DNA from: Psychrobacter sp. DM4
Lineage (GTDB): Bacteria > Pseudomonadota > Gammaproteobacteria > Pseudomonadales > Moraxellaceae
Direction: 5' to 3'
NCBI RefSeq assembly: GCF_051307035.1
Contig: NZ_CP195536.1
Coordinates: 1,650,001-1,682,000 of the forward strand
Length of the DNA: 32,000 nt
Numbering within the stretch: position 1 is the stretch's first letter; each line of letters begins with the position of its first letter. Below are positions 30,143 to 32,000 of the stretch, in pieces. The notes under the pieces were generated by a model, which was not told the origin of the DNA, did no database searches, and was given only the letters and a program-made list of their open reading frames with translations. Position numbers and translations under genes: made by a program.

Positions 30143-30751
30143 CTATTCTGATGGCTGATGCTTGATAATGGTTTTTGCCAAGTGATCACCGAACCAAATA
30201 GCAGTATCGATATCGCCCTTGCCCGGTGTCTGTTCAGGCGGACCGTCTAGTGACTGTGTCATCAGTCCCAAAAAACTCGATAGACGATTGAGGTCAGTGG
30301 ACTCATGGCCGGTCGGCATCAGCGGCAGTCCGATCCAGTTCATACCGTGTTGCATACAGTACAGATTAATCTGTTGCAACACCGCAAGCTTATCACCACT
30401 TAAACCACCAGAATTAGCAAATCCAGCAGCCCACTTGCCCTCCCACTTACGGTTATACCAGCGTTTTGAGGTCTCATCCATAAAGGTCTTAAACTCAGCA
30501 GTAACGCTACCCATGTAGACGGCGCTACCAAAGACTAGTAGATCCGCTTGATCTAGATAGTCCCAATCAACCTCATAGACATCAACCGCTTTTGCTTGCG
30601 TGTCTGGTAATTGTTGGCGCGCGCCTTCAACGATGGCCTCGGCCACACGTCTGGTATGACCATAATTACTATGAAAGATCACAGCAATAGAGACGCTAGG
30701 TACCTCTTTGAGGCGACTAGTGGGTTGCGATGAGGTGTCAGGTGTATTCAT
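30143..30751 (-). CDS. Flavodoxin-fold NAD(P)H:quinone oxidoreductase-like protein (WrbA-like)
   Basis: 202-aa ORF. IAVIFHSNYGHTRRVAEAIVEGA, LVFGSAVYMGSVTAEFKTFMDET and the GG-rich FMN loop (FANSGGLSGD) parallel WrbA-type flavoproteins. Confidence 0.72.
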   Translation of the reverse strand: MNTPDTSSQPTSRLKEVPSVSIAVIFHSNYGHTRRVAEAIVEGARQQLPDTQAKAVDVYEVDWDYLDQADLLVFGSAVYMGSVTAEFKTFMDETSKRWYNRKWEGKWAAGFANSGGLSGDKLAVLQQINLYCMQHGMNWIGLPLMPTGHESTDLNRLSSFLGLMTQSLDGPPEQTPGKGDIDTAIWFGDHLAKTIIKHQPSE

Positions 30752-30784
30752 ACAAGCTCTAATAATGTCTAATAAATGATAGGT

Positions 30785-31762
30785 TTAAGGGTTTGGTAAA
30801 AGGTGACTACGTACGATGATCAGCGCCATTCTTCCTGTAGCAGGCTCTTGTATATGCGTCTGACGTCGATAAGAATAATAGCGAGTATCCTCATAACTAC
30901 AGTCTACTGGCAAATTAGTACTCAGAGTAATGCCTAGAGCAGTCAGCTGATCGGCTGCAAGTCTTGGTAAGTTTAGCTTAATTTTACCTGCGTTTACTTT
31001 AGCGTAATTTGATAATTTATCAAGGGTCTTATGTAAATATTGAGAAGCACTCTGTGTCTTATTAAGACGATTGGCATAGGCCTCAGTATCAGTATCAGTA
31101 TCAGTATCAGTATCAGACGCTACGCTATATAGAAGCTCAAACTCTCTTATAGTAGAGGCAGCTAACAGTTCATGCTCTACGCATCCTGCTAACAACTTAT
31201 CACGTACGTGTTGGTCAACTTCATAATGCTCTTGACTGATACAAGCGCCCATCCAAGCTATTATCGGACTTGAACGAGTAAAACGCTCGGCGGCACTCTT
31301 TATCACTCCGCAAGCAAGTCCCTGCCAGCCTGCATGAATGGCAGCTATCTGTCCACTGGCAGGCTGATGCAATACGATAGGCACGCAATCTGCGGTCATA
31401 ATCGCAAGTCCGACATCGCTTTGAGTACTAACCATCGCATCAGCCGCCACTGGCTGCATCCCGATAAGGGTATTATCAATATCATAAACGTGGCTGCCAT
31501 GCACTTGACTGACCCAGTGCAAGCGTTCTATGGGAGCAAAATGACGCTCTTTTAGCTGCTCGTTAATAGTGCTGAGAAGTTGCATACGATTATTCAATAC
31601 TCGTATAGGATCGTCCAAAACATGCAAGCCTAGATTGAAGTCACCATAACGTGCTTGTCCTACAGATAATGCTTTTTGCTTATCAACAAAAGCTCTGGTC
31701 TGAAAGACCGCACTATCACCTAGCATCGCTATGAGCTCTACAGGATAGCGTTTAGCAGTCAT
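30785..31762 (-). CDS. pgeF: YfiH/PgeF-family (DUF152, purine nucleoside phosphorylase / peptidoglycan-editing) protein with an internal insertion
   Basis: QVHGSHV, MTADCVPIVL, AAIHAGWQGL and the C-terminal YSYRR...TGRM motifs are characteristic. It lies downstream of rluD as in E. coli. At 325 aa it is longer than about 245 aa, owing to an insertion containing (DT)5. Confidence 0.85.
   Translation of the reverse strand: MTAKRYPVELIAMLGDSAVFQTRAFVDKQKALSVGQARYGDFNLGLHVLDDPIRVLNNRMQLLSTINEQLKERHFAPIERLHWVSQVHGSHVYDIDNTLIGMQPVAADAMVSTQSDVGLAIMTADCVPIVLHQPASGQIAAIHAGWQGLACGVIKSAAERFTRSSPIIAWMGACISQEHYEVDQHVRDKLLAGCVEHELLAASTIREFELLYSVASDTDTDTDTDTEAYANRLNKTQSASQYLHKTLDKLSNYAKVNAGKIKLNLPRLAADQLTALGITLSTNLPVDCSYEDTRYYSYRRQTHIQEPATGRMALIIVRSHLLPNP
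31083..31116. repeat. Hexanucleotide microsatellite inside pgeF
   Basis: (AGTATC)x5, perfect, at 31085-31114 (TCAGTA register 31083-31116). On the coding strand this is (GATACT)5, giving DTDTDTDTDT. Confidence 0.95.
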
Positions 31763-31818
31763 GGCTTGTGTTCCTACTCTATTTAATTAATCAAGGTCTA
31801 AATGAGTAACAACTCAAA

Positions 31819-32000
31819 TTACTCGTCACTCAAGATAGCAATCAGTGACTTCATATCCTCTGGAATAGGCGCCATTACTTCAACGTCCTCGCCTGTAGTC
31901 GGATGCACAAATCCCAATCGATAAGCATGCAAGGCTTGACGAGGAAAATGACTAATAGTCTCACGCTGCGCCTCTGTCAGACCAGCGCGCAGCTGACGAC
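31819..32000 (-). CDS. rluD: 23S rRNA pseudouridine synthase RluD, 3' end (partial; continues beyond the window)
   Basis: My own translation of the minus strand gives ...RQLRAGLTEAQRETISHFPRQALHAYRLGFVHPTTGEDVEVMAPIPEDMKSLIAILSDE*. This resembles the RluD C-terminus (FDRQALHA...HP.TGE...APIP.DM). rluD-yfiH synteny is conserved. Confidence 0.8.
   Translation of the reverse strand, partial: RQLRAGLTEAQRETISHFPRQALHAYRLGFVHPTTGEDVEVMAPIPEDMKSLIAILSDE

Overview
This window reads as ordinary core chromosome from a moderately AT-rich gammaproteobacterium. Gene content and protein sequences give a Moraxellaceae/Psychrobacter-like impression, but that is my recollection, not a search result. I support about 27 protein-coding genes, nearly all housekeeping. 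Left to right they are: ampG (-), katG (+), a CysB-family LysR regulator (+), a YhbW-like LLM flavin oxidoreductase (+) followed by a 53-aa membrane ORF that is below the ORF-track cutoff, an AEC transporter (-), mnmG (-), a 180-aa acidic hypothetical (-), grxD (-), ispF (-), mnmA (+), a membrane-anchored hypothetical (-), a Cys-rich lipoprotein (-), purB (+), a yjdF-like DUF2238 gene (+), a tiny lipoprotein (-), a roxA/ycfD-like gene (+), putA (-), an NCS2 purine permease (-), tolQ-tolR-tolA-tolB (+), a 65-aa lipoprotein (+), a WrbA-like flavodoxin-fold protein (-), pgeF/yfiH (-) and the 3' end of rluD (-). I see no rRNA, tRNA, CRISPR array, transposase, integrase, phage gene or recognisable defence gene. 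I did not find a convincing novel multi-gene system and will not invent one. The observations most worth a second look are these. (1) putA is split: its C-terminal domain is a separate ORF starting 11 nt after the main stop, in another frame, with its own GGAG. (2) A 17-bp tandem array of about 5 copies sits between the divergent permease and tolQ genes. (3) The tolQRAB cluster ends in a strong terminator with no pal, ybgC or cpoB, and a 65-aa lipoprotein occupies the pal position. (4) pgeF carries an insertion containing an in-frame (GATACT)5 microsatellite. (5) About 630 bp of unexplained non-coding DNA with two notable palindromes lies upstream of putA. (6) A visibly AT-richer pocket encodes two orphan envelope proteins. 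(7) Short tandem duplications recur in intergenic DNA. All functional calls rest on motif recognition from memory and gene context; no database search was possible.
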